The position numbers were made by a program, and so were the translations under genes. 64,000 nt of DNA from Candidatus Methanomethylicia archaeon (GTDB taxonomy: Archaea > Thermoproteota > Methanomethylicia > Nezhaarchaeales > B40-G2), in assembly GCA_029259155.1 (NCBI GenBank), contig JAPDJI010000001.1:8042-72041 (forward strand). The letters run 5' to 3'. This document shows positions 44,539-53,649 of the stretch, piece after piece. A model generated the notes under the pieces. That model did not search any database, was not told the origin of the DNA, and saw only the letters and a list, made by a program, of their open reading frames with translations. Numbering within the stretch: the first letter of the stretch is position 1; every line of letters starts with the position of its first letter.

Positions 44539-45693
44539 TTAAACCTCCTCTCTGAGGATTTCTTTTAGATCTCTCATAAACCTGGTGATGTGTCTAAGTT
44601 TGACGTGAGGCATGACCACGATCCTTATGAAACCTCTAACTGTTGATATGGCCCATCCCCTCCTACGGAGCTTCTCAGCCACAGCTTCAACCTTTACTCC
44701 GTCGAAAGTTATCCCCACTACGTTCATTACAGGCTTTCTGACTAGCCTAGCCTTAGGGATACGTTCAACCTCAATAGCGATTATCTCAGTGAGCTCCATG
44801 CATCTAGCCACTACTTTCCTGTAACCTTCTCTTCCGAGGTGTTTGAAGAGTGCCCAAACAGCTATGGCTGAAGCCCCGGGCCTCGTGCCGGTAATGGTAT
44901 ATTGGAGAGCAGGCCCCCCACTCAGGTATGGTAGGTTAAAGCTTAAAGGTTTCAATGATTCCTCATCCCTGAAAAGTATCCCTCCTGCCGGTATAGGTAC
45001 CATACCCATCTTGTGAGGGTCTACAGTTATCGAAGCCACCCCCTGAAGCTTAAAGTCGAAGTCTGGAACCTTGTAGCCTAGTTCCTTCAGGAAAGGGATG
45101 ACGAGACCTCCGAAGGCAGCATCGACGTGTAGGTGTATATCATAGCTTAAGGCAAGCTCGCTAAGTTCAGGAATAGGGTCTATGACGCCTAGATCGGTGG
45201 TTCCAGCTATGCTCACTATGGCTGCGGTATCATCATTAATGAGCCGTCTAACTGCGTCTACGTCGACTTCACCCTCCTCAGTGACTGGTGCTTTAACTAA
45301 CTTTAACCCCAATAAGGCAGCTGCTTTATCTATTGAAGCATGGCAGGAGGCGGAGGCCACTACTTGTCTTTTGTTTAGTTTATCCCTAGCTGACCATAAG
45401 GCGAGGATGTTTGCTTCACTCCCCCCTGAGACGATGAAGCCAGGGGCGTCGGGTTTAGACATTAATGAAGCGAGCATGCATATTGCTTCTCGCTCCACCT
45501 CTACGGTTCCTTGGAAGAGGCCTGGGTCTCCAAGGTTCTTTTCGAGGTGCTTCTGGAATACTTCTTTAGCGAAGGGGTGAGGCTTAGTACACATAGACCC
45601 TAATATGAGGCCTGAAGTGTAGGTTAAGTCGCGTTTAAGCTTCTCGCTTAATTGCTTCAAAACCTCCGCTTGATTCATCCCTCTTTCATCCAA
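44539..45693 (-). CDS. mfnA: group II PLP-dependent decarboxylase (MfnA family; likely L-aspartate decarboxylase for beta-alanine/CoA)
   Basis: GFIVSGGSEANILALWSARD, the PLP-Lys region HVDAAFGG...DPHKMG. 384 aa. Lies in the CoA cluster. Confidence 0.8.
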   Translation of the reverse strand: MDERGMNQAEVLKQLSEKLKRDLTYTSGLILGSMCTKPHPFAKEVFQKHLEKNLGDPGLFQGTVEVEREAICMLASLMSKPDAPGFIVSGGSEANILALWSARDKLNKRQVVASASCHASIDKAAALLGLKLVKAPVTEEGEVDVDAVRRLINDDTAAIVSIAGTTDLGVIDPIPELSELALSYDIHLHVDAAFGGLVIPFLKELGYKVPDFDFKLQGVASITVDPHKMGMVPIPAGGILFRDEESLKPLSFNLPYLSGGPALQYTITGTRPGASAIAVWALFKHLGREGYRKVVARCMELTEIIAIEVERIPKARLVRKPVMNVVGITFDGVKVEAVAEKLRRRGWAISTVRGFIRIVVMPHVKLRHITRFMRDLKEILREEV

Positions 45694-45714
45694 GCGAAAA
45701 AGCCTCCCTGCAGG

Positions 45715-46506
45715 CTAAAGGGATAAAAGCACGCCTTTCTCTGCTAGTTCAGCCAATCTTTCAAGGATGTGAGCTATTGCTTCGCTCAAGACCTGCTTGT
45801 TATCGTAGTTTTCAATGTTCTGCCTCAGCTCATCGATAGGTACTTTACGTAAAGCTCTAGCCTCCTCTACCATTCTAGGCAACGCCCTTACTACGTTGTC
45901 TACAATGGTCACCGAGGCGGTTTGCGCCGTCCTGCTTAAAGGGTTCAAGTCTATCGCTATCACAGTTTTACCTAGACGTCTCAAAGCGTCTGTGCGATCT
46001 CCGTCTTCAAGGGGTACTAGGACAACATCGGCTTTAAAGATACCTTCTGGGTCAACTTTTCTACGCTCACTCTGTAGCTCAGGTATCTTAGCTGAGGCGG
46101 CTTCACCTACGCCCAACACTTGTGTAGCTCCAGCCTTCATTAATGCCTCGGCTATGAGCTCCTCTCTACGTTTAGACCTATAGAAGAGATTGACTTCAAG
46201 CTTAGCTTTTACTTCCTTAGCTAGCTCAACGAGACTTTCAGCAGCTAAGGCAGCTGTGTTACCGTTAACCGATATCACTGGGTATTTGGCAAGAAGTAGA
46301 TGGGCTACTGCTGCTTTGATAGCCTTGAGCGCGTAAGGCTGGGTTTGTTCACCTATCAGGTAATCGAAGGCTTCACCTCTACCGTGAGCTATCAGCCCAG
46401 CCTCGACGACCAGCCCTTTCTTATAGCCTTCTGTTAACCTATGTCTAATCTTAAGCGACTCTGCTCGTGGATGGTCTGGAGGTATGGTTTCTACTAATTC
46501 CTCCAC
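45715..46506 (-). CDS. archaeal phosphopantothenate synthetase (4-phosphopantoate--beta-alanine ligase, DUF137/COG1701)
   Basis: 263 aa. The GLIAHGRGEAFDYLIGEQT region, the size and the CoA operon context all fit; assigned from memory of the family. Confidence 0.65.
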   Translation of the reverse strand: MEELVETIPPDHPRAESLKIRHRLTEGYKKGLVVEAGLIAHGRGEAFDYLIGEQTQPYALKAIKAAVAHLLLAKYPVISVNGNTAALAAESLVELAKEVKAKLEVNLFYRSKRREELIAEALMKAGATQVLGVGEAASAKIPELQSERRKVDPEGIFKADVVLVPLEDGDRTDALRRLGKTVIAIDLNPLSRTAQTASVTIVDNVVRALPRMVEEARALRKVPIDELRQNIENYDNKQVLSEAIAHILERLAELAEKGVLLSL

Positions 46507-47399
46507 CTTACTCCCTCCATAGCTTTGACTAGTTTCGTTAAGGCCTCGTTTAATGGGGCCTCCATACCTACCTGTTGAGCTGACCTCACTATAGCTCCAT
46601 TTATGTAGTCCACCTCCGTCCTCTTCTTCCTTTCAAGGTCCTGCAGCATGGAGTTCTTGTTATTAGCAGTATCCTTCGCTACCTTAAAGGTCAACTCGAC
46701 AGGATCTATGCCTAGCTCAACCCCCATCTTTTTAGCTATACTCGCTCCTTCCTCCACGACCGCCTTCATGAGGCTCCTTAGCCATCCAACCTCCAAAAGC
46801 TCTCCATTCCTAAGCCCAGTTATAGCTCCTAATGGGTTTATGCCTGCATTCACTAAGGTCTTTATCCACACCACTTCCGCTATGTTGTCTACCTTCCTAG
46901 CCGGCAAGCCCGAAGCGTTAAGCATGGTTACTAGTTTCTCCATGAGAACTCCACGTCCACCGATCAGAGTTTCGCCTACGCCAGTATGAAGTACTGTTCC
47001 TGGCTGAGCTAACATTGCTCCATTGTTTGTCACCCCCCTAAACACCACTGTACCGAGTACTCTGGAGGCCTCCTCTTCTACACCTAGCCCGTTCTGTAAA
47101 CATAGAGGAACAGCTTGTTTCTCGACTAGTCTTTTAACTTGCTTGGCTGCTTCGGCCGTGTCGTAAGCCTTGACGGTTATCAACACCAGGTCGAAGTCTC
47201 CTTTAGCTTCTTCAGGTTTTTCGTGAGCATCCACCTTCACAGTGAAGCTGCCTAAAGGACCCTCTACCCTAAGCCCTCGACTCCTTACAGCTTCTACATG
47301 AGCCCTCCTACCTACAAGCACCACCTCGGCTCCTGCTTTGGCTAAGAAGCCTCCCATGAGGCTTCCTATTGCCCCAGCCCCCATAATGAGGGCTTTCAA
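46494..47399 (-). CDS. panE: 2-dehydropantoate 2-reductase (ketopantoate reductase)
   Basis: N-terminal Rossmann MKALIMGAGAIGSLMGGFLA and a C-terminal ApbA domain with NSMLQDLERKKRTEVDYING. Confidence 0.8.
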   Translation of the reverse strand: MKALIMGAGAIGSLMGGFLAKAGAEVVLVGRRAHVEAVRSRGLRVEGPLGSFTVKVDAHEKPEEAKGDFDLVLITVKAYDTAEAAKQVKRLVEKQAVPLCLQNGLGVEEEASRVLGTVVFRGVTNNGAMLAQPGTVLHTGVGETLIGGRGVLMEKLVTMLNASGLPARKVDNIAEVVWIKTLVNAGINPLGAITGLRNGELLEVGWLRSLMKAVVEEGASIAKKMGVELGIDPVELTFKVAKDTANNKNSMLQDLERKKRTEVDYINGAIVRSAQQVGMEAPLNEALTKLVKAMEGVRWRN

Positions 47400-47412
47400 G
47401 GTCTACCAACCT

Positions 47413-48726
47413 TTAACCGATGATTTTCTCCCATTTCTTTAACCGAAGTACTTGTGACAGCGTGCTTCCTCGCTTAATCTCCTCTCTGACTCTATTCTCT
47501 TTCTCCAAGACATCCATAGCTCTATTAGCCATCTCTACTGCTAGCTCTTGAGGTACTACCACTACTCCGTTGTCATCACCTATTACCCAGTCCCCAGGCC
47601 TGATCTTCACTCCGCCGCATGTGATCTCCACGTTAAGCTCTCCGAAGCCTTTAGGGTCGCCGGCTGTTGGGTTGATGTGGCGGGCGAACGCTGGGAAACC
47701 CAGCGCCCTTATCTCATCAACGTCTCTAATCGCCCCGTCAATCACCACCCCTCTAATCCCCTTGACCACACAGCTCCACGTGGCCAGCTCGCCCCAGACA
47801 GCTTTTTCACCGCCTGAAGCGTCAATAACTATGACACTGCCTGGAGGAGCATGGTCTATGGCCTCTACAGGCTTAGCCCAGTCGCCTGGATAGGTCCTAA
47901 CGGTGAAGGCTCTCCCAGCCATTTTAGCTCCAGGCGTTATAGGCCTTATTTCCTTTAACTCGCCTCTACGCTGCATCGCATCTGATACATTAGGGGTGGA
48001 GACCTTCATAAACACTTCATAGAGGTCCTCCTCGCCGTATTTCTTGTAAAGCTTGGTTTCTATTGGTTTCCTGGTCAACATGGCCTGCTTAACGACCTTG
48101 GCGGCTTCCTCGGCATTCTCGGCCTTTATTATAGCGCCTCCCACGATAATAATACTAGCTCCAAGCTCCACAGCTTTAGCCGCTGTTTCGCTATTGATCC
48201 CTCCGGCTATAGCCACGGGGCGTTGAACTACAGAGACCACTTGGGAAAGGAGCTGAAGCGGATCGGTACCTTTCATCTGTTGATCTATGCCTACATGTAC
48301 ACAGATGTAGTCTACCCCTAACTCCTCTACCTGTTTAGCTCTTTGCACAGGGTCTTCGGCGTTGATCAGGTCAACCATCACCCTGGCTCCATAACGCCTG
48401 GCAGCTTCCACAGCCTCGCGTATAGTAGAGTCATCGGCTACTCCTAGCACTATAACTACATCGGCTCCGGCCTTCGCGGCTATCTCTACCTCAGCGGCTC
48501 CGGTATCCATGGTTTTCATGTCAGCAACTATTACCTTGCCTGGGAAGCTTCTCTTAAGCCTCCTAACAGCCTCTAACCCCTCGCTCTTAATGAGCGGGGT
48601 TCCAGCCTCCACCCAGTCTACGCCGCCTCGAATAGCTTCTTCGGCTATTTCCAGCGCTCTATCTAGGTCAGGAAAGTCCAAAGCTAATTGAAGCGCAGGA
48701 GAGTGAGGAGACGGATTAAAGCTCAC
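47413..48726 (-). CDS. fusion protein: 3-hexulose-6-phosphate synthase domain (OMPDC fold) + RraA/MenG-like class II aldolase domain
   Basis: N-domain ALQLALDF...VADMKTMDTG...VHVGIDQQ (HPS/KGPDC family). C-domain GSVIVIDASGGEKAVWGELATW...GVVIDGAIRDVDEIRALGFPAFA...PGDWVIGDDNGVVVVP (RraA-like). Confidence 0.75.
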   Translation of the reverse strand: MSFNPSPHSPALQLALDFPDLDRALEIAEEAIRGGVDWVEAGTPLIKSEGLEAVRRLKRSFPGKVIVADMKTMDTGAAEVEIAAKAGADVVIVLGVADDSTIREAVEAARRYGARVMVDLINAEDPVQRAKQVEELGVDYICVHVGIDQQMKGTDPLQLLSQVVSVVQRPVAIAGGINSETAAKAVELGASIIIVGGAIIKAENAEEAAKVVKQAMLTRKPIETKLYKKYGEEDLYEVFMKVSTPNVSDAMQRRGELKEIRPITPGAKMAGRAFTVRTYPGDWAKPVEAIDHAPPGSVIVIDASGGEKAVWGELATWSCVVKGIRGVVIDGAIRDVDEIRALGFPAFARHINPTAGDPKGFGELNVEITCGGVKIRPGDWVIGDDNGVVVVPQELAVEMANRAMDVLEKENRVREEIKRGSTLSQVLRLKKWEKIIG

Positions 48727-49505
48727 TTCTCCACCACCCTTGCCCCATAGGGATCGATACGTGAAGTGAAGTATCTTGTCTTAGGTAGAAAGGCGCCAAA
48801 TACCTTCAATACCTCCTCTACGTCACGCTCTCTAACGAGAGCGAAGGCGACTCTCTTCTTGACAGAGAAGCCTAGGGCTCCAGCCTCGACCGAAGCGGCC
48901 ATGAACTTTTTCAGAGCTGCGTCTACGAAGCCAACCTCCTCAGCGAAGCGAGCTGAAAGCTGGATAAACCTTGAAGGGGTGGGTTGAGCTAAGAAACTGC
49001 TTAGAGCCCACCTGCCAACTTTATTGATCTTCTCCTTCATGCTTGGGTTGGTGATCATGCTACTAGTTTTATAGATACCTAGTGGAGCACAAACCACGGT
49101 TATCTCAGAGCTCGGTACTTTCTCTACCAACCCTACGCCAGGAGCCCCTGGGCTCTTTCTAATCTCTAAGCCCCCTACGAGCTGGCCTGCTACGTCTCCT
49201 AAGCCTGTCCTATACTTCACCTCAGCTATGTGTGCTGCCTTTGCTGTCTCTACCTTTGTGAGCCCAAGCTTCAGTGCTTCGTTAACCGCTAAAGCCGTGC
49301 TTAAAGCTCCTGCGCCGCTAGAACCGAAGCCTGAACCTATGGGTACCTGGAACCTATGCGTTACCACCACTCTATAGGGTTTATCGGCTAGTTTAAGCAG
49401 CTCCTCTACGGTCCTCTTAGTCACCTTGAAGTCTACGACCTTTGAGCCTAGCTTAACCACCACTATGTTCCTATGGCTTCGACGAACCTCTACCTCCGTA
49501 AGCAC
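48723..49505 (-). CDS. GHMP-family kinase, probable pantoate kinase
   Basis: PIGSGFGSSGAGALSTALAVNEAL is the GHMP ATP-binding motif. Sits in the CoA operon. Confidence 0.6.
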   Translation of the reverse strand: MLTEVEVRRSHRNIVVVKLGSKVVDFKVTKRTVEELLKLADKPYRVVVTHRFQVPIGSGFGSSGAGALSTALAVNEALKLGLTKVETAKAAHIAEVKYRTGLGDVAGQLVGGLEIRKSPGAPGVGLVEKVPSSEITVVCAPLGIYKTSSMITNPSMKEKINKVGRWALSSFLAQPTPSRFIQLSARFAEEVGFVDAALKKFMAASVEAGALGFSVKKRVAFALVRERDVEEVLKVFGAFLPKTRYFTSRIDPYGARVVEK

Positions 49506-49631
49506 GCCTAGGTTAATGGAGACCCCTGCCCCCCTAGACCCTATTAAAAGGGGGTTGGAGCTTGTATCGCATATCTCGAAGAAGCCGGTTATGTGAGCTG
49601 GGCTAAAGGCATATGCCTTAGCCGTGATCTT

Positions 49632-50765
49632 TCACCCCTTAAGCCTCATCCGCTCAGCAGCTATGTCTAATATCGCCTTAGCCACCTCCCTCTTCGAGGA
49701 GAGTGGCACGTGAACTATGCGACATTCCCTATCTATGATGAATACTTCGTTAGTATCATGTCTGAACCCGCAACCCTTCCTGCTTAGGTCGTTAGCCACT
49801 ATGAGGTCCATGTCGGCCTCCTCGAGCCTCTCGTAAGCCTTCTTGACCAGCTCTTCGTCTGAAACTCCATACTCTGCCTTAAACCCTATGAAGAAGGCTT
49901 TAGGAGCTAGCTTCCTGATGCTCATAGATATCTTAGGCCTAGGCTCAAGCTTAACTTCCAGAGTGGACGTGCCTGAAGGAATCTTATATGGGTAAGTGTG
50001 ACTGAACCCATAATCTAGGGGCGCAGCGGCTAGGATGATGATATCGTAAGAGTTCTTAGAGATCTCCTCATCGACAGCATCATACATCTCCTTAGTGGTT
50101 ACCACCTCTACTGCCTTGACCCCTGGAGGAGGGTTATATGTAGAGTTCGTGGGTCCTTTAATTAAGGTAACTTGTCCCCCTCTCCTCCAGGCTTCTTCGA
50201 CTAGGGCAAACCCCATCTTTCCTGAACTGGGATTAGTTAAGTATCGGACCATATCCAGGGGCTCTAGCGTAGGGCCAGCGGTGACGAGGAACTTAAGTCC
50301 TTTAAACTGGTCTCTACGCTCCAAGAGATCTACAACCTTCTCCACGACCTCTGTGATGGGAGGTATCTTAGCCTTCCCCTCTTCCCACCTAGGTTCTACC
50401 ACCTCCACACCCATCTCTTTAAGTAGAGCTAAGCTACGTTGAAACGCAGGGTTCTTGTAGAGAGAAGCGTGCATGGATGGAACGAGAACCACAGGTATAC
50501 GTGAACCGAGGGCTGAAGCTACCACTGCTGTCACAGCGGTGTCACAGATGCCATGAGCTGCTTTACTGACCGTGTTAGCTGTAGCTGGAGCCACTAGGAC
50601 TAGGTCGACCTTTCCCTCTCCTTCCCCAGCCAAGGCTATATGTTCAATGTTTCCCGTGAGCCTAGTAACCACGGGGTTACCAGTAGCCCACTCCATGAAC
50701 TTGGGATGTATGAGCCTGCTTGCAGCTTTGCTCATAATGACGTAGACTTCTGCTCCAAGCCTCAT
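49632..50765 (-). CDS. coaBC: bifunctional phosphopantothenoylcysteine decarboxylase / phosphopantothenate-cysteine ligase (in-frame extension possible to 50888)
   Basis: Flavoprotein VLVAPATANTVSKAAHGICDT and CoaB LVTAGPTLEPLDMVRYLTNPSSGKMGFALVEEA. The N-terminal motif KGRKIALCITGSAAAYK is encoded upstream of the first ATG. Confidence 0.85.
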   Translation of the reverse strand: MRLGAEVYVIMSKAASRLIHPKFMEWATGNPVVTRLTGNIEHIALAGEGEGKVDLVLVAPATANTVSKAAHGICDTAVTAVVASALGSRIPVVLVPSMHASLYKNPAFQRSLALLKEMGVEVVEPRWEEGKAKIPPITEVVEKVVDLLERRDQFKGLKFLVTAGPTLEPLDMVRYLTNPSSGKMGFALVEEAWRRGGQVTLIKGPTNSTYNPPPGVKAVEVVTTKEMYDAVDEEISKNSYDIIILAAAPLDYGFSHTYPYKIPSGTSTLEVKLEPRPKISMSIRKLAPKAFFIGFKAEYGVSDEELVKKAYERLEEADMDLIVANDLSRKGCGFRHDTNEVFIIDRECRIVHVPLSSKREVAKAILDIAAERMRLKG

Positions 50766-51268
50766 TAACTCCCTAGCCAGCTCAGGACACTTATAGGCCG
50801 CAGCACTACCAGTAATACATAGAGCTATCTTTCGCCCTTTAAGGGTCTGTCCTTTAGTCCCTATGATATCCTTAGATGGGTGCAGCGTTTAACACCGAGC
50901 CGCCGGGGCTCGTGCATAGTACGTTTGTATAGTGAAAAAACTTATGTAAGTAGGTTACCTACGATGTAGAAACCTATTATAACCTACGTAATCTTAGTAG
51001 ATAAAAAGAAAACTAGACTAGTTCTAAGTTTTTTGATCGGCATAGAACCTTAAATGCTACAAGTATAGTTTTTATAACTTTATAGTTGTTAATTAATCTC
51101 CATTTGGATCCCTTTTCTCCATTATAGATTAAGGAATTGCTGCCGATAAACTATACTTACATTGCCTTGGCTGACAAAGCTCTTTGTAAGATGTAGACTA
51201 TATCTTAGAATTTGAGTGTAAAAAGCTAATGGTGATGTGTTATTACGCCGTCTTTGTCCACGAGCCGT

Positions 51269-52672
51269 CTACGTCACTATCTCAGGCAATAAGTTCTTCT
51301 TGCACGCTCTCCTAACTTCTAAGGCTATCCTGTCGCCCACGCTCATTCTGCGCTTATACCTAGCTACAGCGTACTTACCGCCTACACCTAAGTGTACGTT
51401 TGCTCCTCCACCGTGGCGTAGAGCAACATCCTGGGTGTAGGGGACGTGCATATATGTTTCGGCTGCTTCAGGTACATCGTATAGGCCTAGCTTAACTCCC
51501 TCATAGACTTTTACCTTAGGTACCTTCGTCCAGGTGACGATCGTCTGAAGACACCAAGCTCCTATAATGCCTGGCGGCTCATAGAGCTGGGTAGCTTTAA
51601 GGAAAGCATTAGCAACTAAGTGGACGTCCTTCAACAACGACTCCCTTATCGAGAGGTCTCCATGGAAAGTTACCTCGAAGCTTAAGGGGTAGGGGGTTTT
51701 AGTCCAATCTATCTTGAGCTGGACGTCTGCTGGTAGCCTAATAACTCCGTCATGGGTGGTTTCACGCCTCTCATCTATGGAGAGCAGCTCGTTGGCTAGG
51801 TATGATCTAGCCTCCTCAATGGTTATACTGTATAGCTTGGAGTACCACTGCTCTACGTCACCCCAGCTTTCCTTAGCGTTTATGGGTGAGTAGAAGAAGT
51901 TGAAGTTAGCGTGAGGTCCAGGTACGTATTCCTCGACACGGGCATATTGTAGGCCTTCTTCATCGAGGTGGCCTGCTTCAACCTCCTTTCTAACTTTTTC
52001 TTCTAAGTCGTCTGAGTTAGCGGCGAAGATGAAGCCTCTCTCGAACTTTCTATGGGCAAACTCAGCCTTCAAGATTAAAGGCTGCTCTATCCTCTCCTCG
52101 AACTTTATCCCTGTCTTAACTACCTTGAACTTAAACGCTTTAGGATAAGGTATCCCAGCTTTCTCAGCGAACCAGTAGTAATCCTTCTCTATTTCACCGC
52201 GGTTCTCTATTTTAAGAAGTCTACGTGAGCCTACAATGGGCACGGCGAACTTATCCTCAATAACGCTGCACTTCTCATCTCCACCTACGTATACGCTGAA
52301 GGCTCTGTTAGGTATTTGGAGGCACTGCAGTTCAAGGAGGTCATCCACGTACTTAACCACGTCAGAATAGTGGTCGAAGATAACTATGCAGCTTCTCCAT
52401 CCTTTCTTTTTCTTAGCGTCAGCTGGATCCTCCACCACTATCACATCTCTTCTCACTAGCTCAGGTAGATCTTCAACTTCCTCTTCAGATGAGCCAGCCA
52501 TAGCGTTCTGTAGGTATATTCTGGCTCTATCCTTCGTGGTGTATATCAACGCCTTTAGCCCATAGTTCCTAGCTCCCTGCCAAGCATCGAGCGCGCTATG
52601 GGACCCTAGGATCAACAATGTTGGTTCTTTAAAGCGTGAAGCTACTTCCTGCATCTCTCTCCTATTAATCAC
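51269..52672 (-). CDS. purP: 5-formaminoimidazole-4-carboxamide ribonucleotide synthetase (PurP, ATP-grasp, formate-dependent)
   Basis: LLILGSHSALDAWQGARNYGL and VGSRRLLKIENRGEIEKD align to M. jannaschii PurP (ATLGSHTSL.ILQGAK / FGNRRLLRWESERDLERK). 467 aa. Confidence 0.7.
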   Translation of the reverse strand: MINRREMQEVASRFKEPTLLILGSHSALDAWQGARNYGLKALIYTTKDRARIYLQNAMAGSSEEEVEDLPELVRRDVIVVEDPADAKKKKGWRSCIVIFDHYSDVVKYVDDLLELQCLQIPNRAFSVYVGGDEKCSVIEDKFAVPIVGSRRLLKIENRGEIEKDYYWFAEKAGIPYPKAFKFKVVKTGIKFEERIEQPLILKAEFAHRKFERGFIFAANSDDLEEKVRKEVEAGHLDEEGLQYARVEEYVPGPHANFNFFYSPINAKESWGDVEQWYSKLYSITIEEARSYLANELLSIDERRETTHDGVIRLPADVQLKIDWTKTPYPLSFEVTFHGDLSIRESLLKDVHLVANAFLKATQLYEPPGIIGAWCLQTIVTWTKVPKVKVYEGVKLGLYDVPEAAETYMHVPYTQDVALRHGGGANVHLGVGGKYAVARYKRRMSVGDRIALEVRRACKKNLLPEIVT

Positions 52673-52875
52673 AGTCCTATCCCCAAAGTCACTACCATGC
52701 TACGCTTTAAAGAGGTTTCGAGGAGGGTGAATTTAGCTCCTTGGATGGTGCTGTTGAATGTCAGCGAAGCGATAAAAGCTCTTATCCTCACATGTTCCCT
52801 GATGTTCTCTACCATTGAGGCAGAGCTTTTTTAATTACATATAGGAAAGATGGTTTCCATTAAAGGTGAGGACAC

Positions 52876-53091
52876 ATGAAGTATGAGGTTGAAGTAGAGT
52901 TCCACAAGGATTTTATCAAGGTAGATGGAAGTAGAATCGTTGTCGGTTTAACCTCCAGGCCTGAAGGAGGTAAGGCCAACCTTGAACTAATTAAGAAGTT
53001 TGCTAAATACTTCAAAGTTTCCTCATCTCAAGTCAGGATACTGTCGGGTTTAAAGTCAAGGAGGAAGATAGTCGAGATAATCGAGAAGTAA
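52876..53091 (+). CDS. DUF167/YggU-like small protein
   Basis: EGGKANLELIKKFAKYFKVSSSQVRILSGLKSRRKIVEI matches the UPF0235 pattern. Confidence 0.5.
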   Translation: MKYEVEVEFHKDFIKVDGSRIVVGLTSRPEGGKANLELIKKFAKYFKVSSSQVRILSGLKSRRKIVEIIEK

Positions 53092-53240
53092 AGTTTCCTC
53101 TAGCTCCCAGTCCAAAAGTTCAAGTTTCTTTACCTACGGGTTTAAAATGAGTAGCTCATTTTAATGTCTATAGCTTGGGTAAGAAAAATTGGTTAACTTT
53201 AAAGAGAGCTACGAGTCAAAACTTTGACCGGCGAATAAGG

Positions 53241-53498
53241 ATGAAGCTTAAGGCTAGGGTAGAGATCAGGCTTAAACCAGGCTTAACCGATGCGGAAGGC
53301 CTAGCTACCCTTGAATCTCTACGGGACCTAGGCTTCAATGTCCTAGACGTGAAAGTGGGGAAGATCTTCTACATGGTGCTTGAAGCCCCCAACTTGGAGG
53401 AAGCGAGGCAGCAAGTGGACGTTATGTGTAAGAGGCTTCTGGCCAACCCTGAAGTCAAAGATGACTACACTTACACCGTGGAACCTGAGGAAGGTTAA
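53241..53498 (+). CDS. purS: phosphoribosylformylglycinamidine synthase subunit PurS
   Basis: MKLKARVEIRLKPGLTDAEGLATLESLRDLGF is PurS-like. 86 aa from the internal ATG. Confidence 0.8.
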   Translation: MKLKARVEIRLKPGLTDAEGLATLESLRDLGFNVLDVKVGKIFYMVLEAPNLEEARQQVDVMCKRLLANPEVKDDYTYTVEPEEG

Positions 53499-53649
53499 GC
53501 TAGATCTGCTATGACCATAACTGGCGGGCGAAAGTTTAAAGGAGTTCTCTAGGCCTCTCTTCTGCTTTTTATGGTAAAGTCCGGCGAAACCTTCGCTGCT
53601 CTCTTAAACCCTAAATCTAAAAAGCTCGAGATACATCTGCGGTAATGGT

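Noticed and set aside
53499-53649. 150-nt purS-purL spacer as a possible riboswitch
   Set aside because: Purine riboswitches are not known in archaea and no conserved junction motifs were recognised. Probably just an intergenic spacer.
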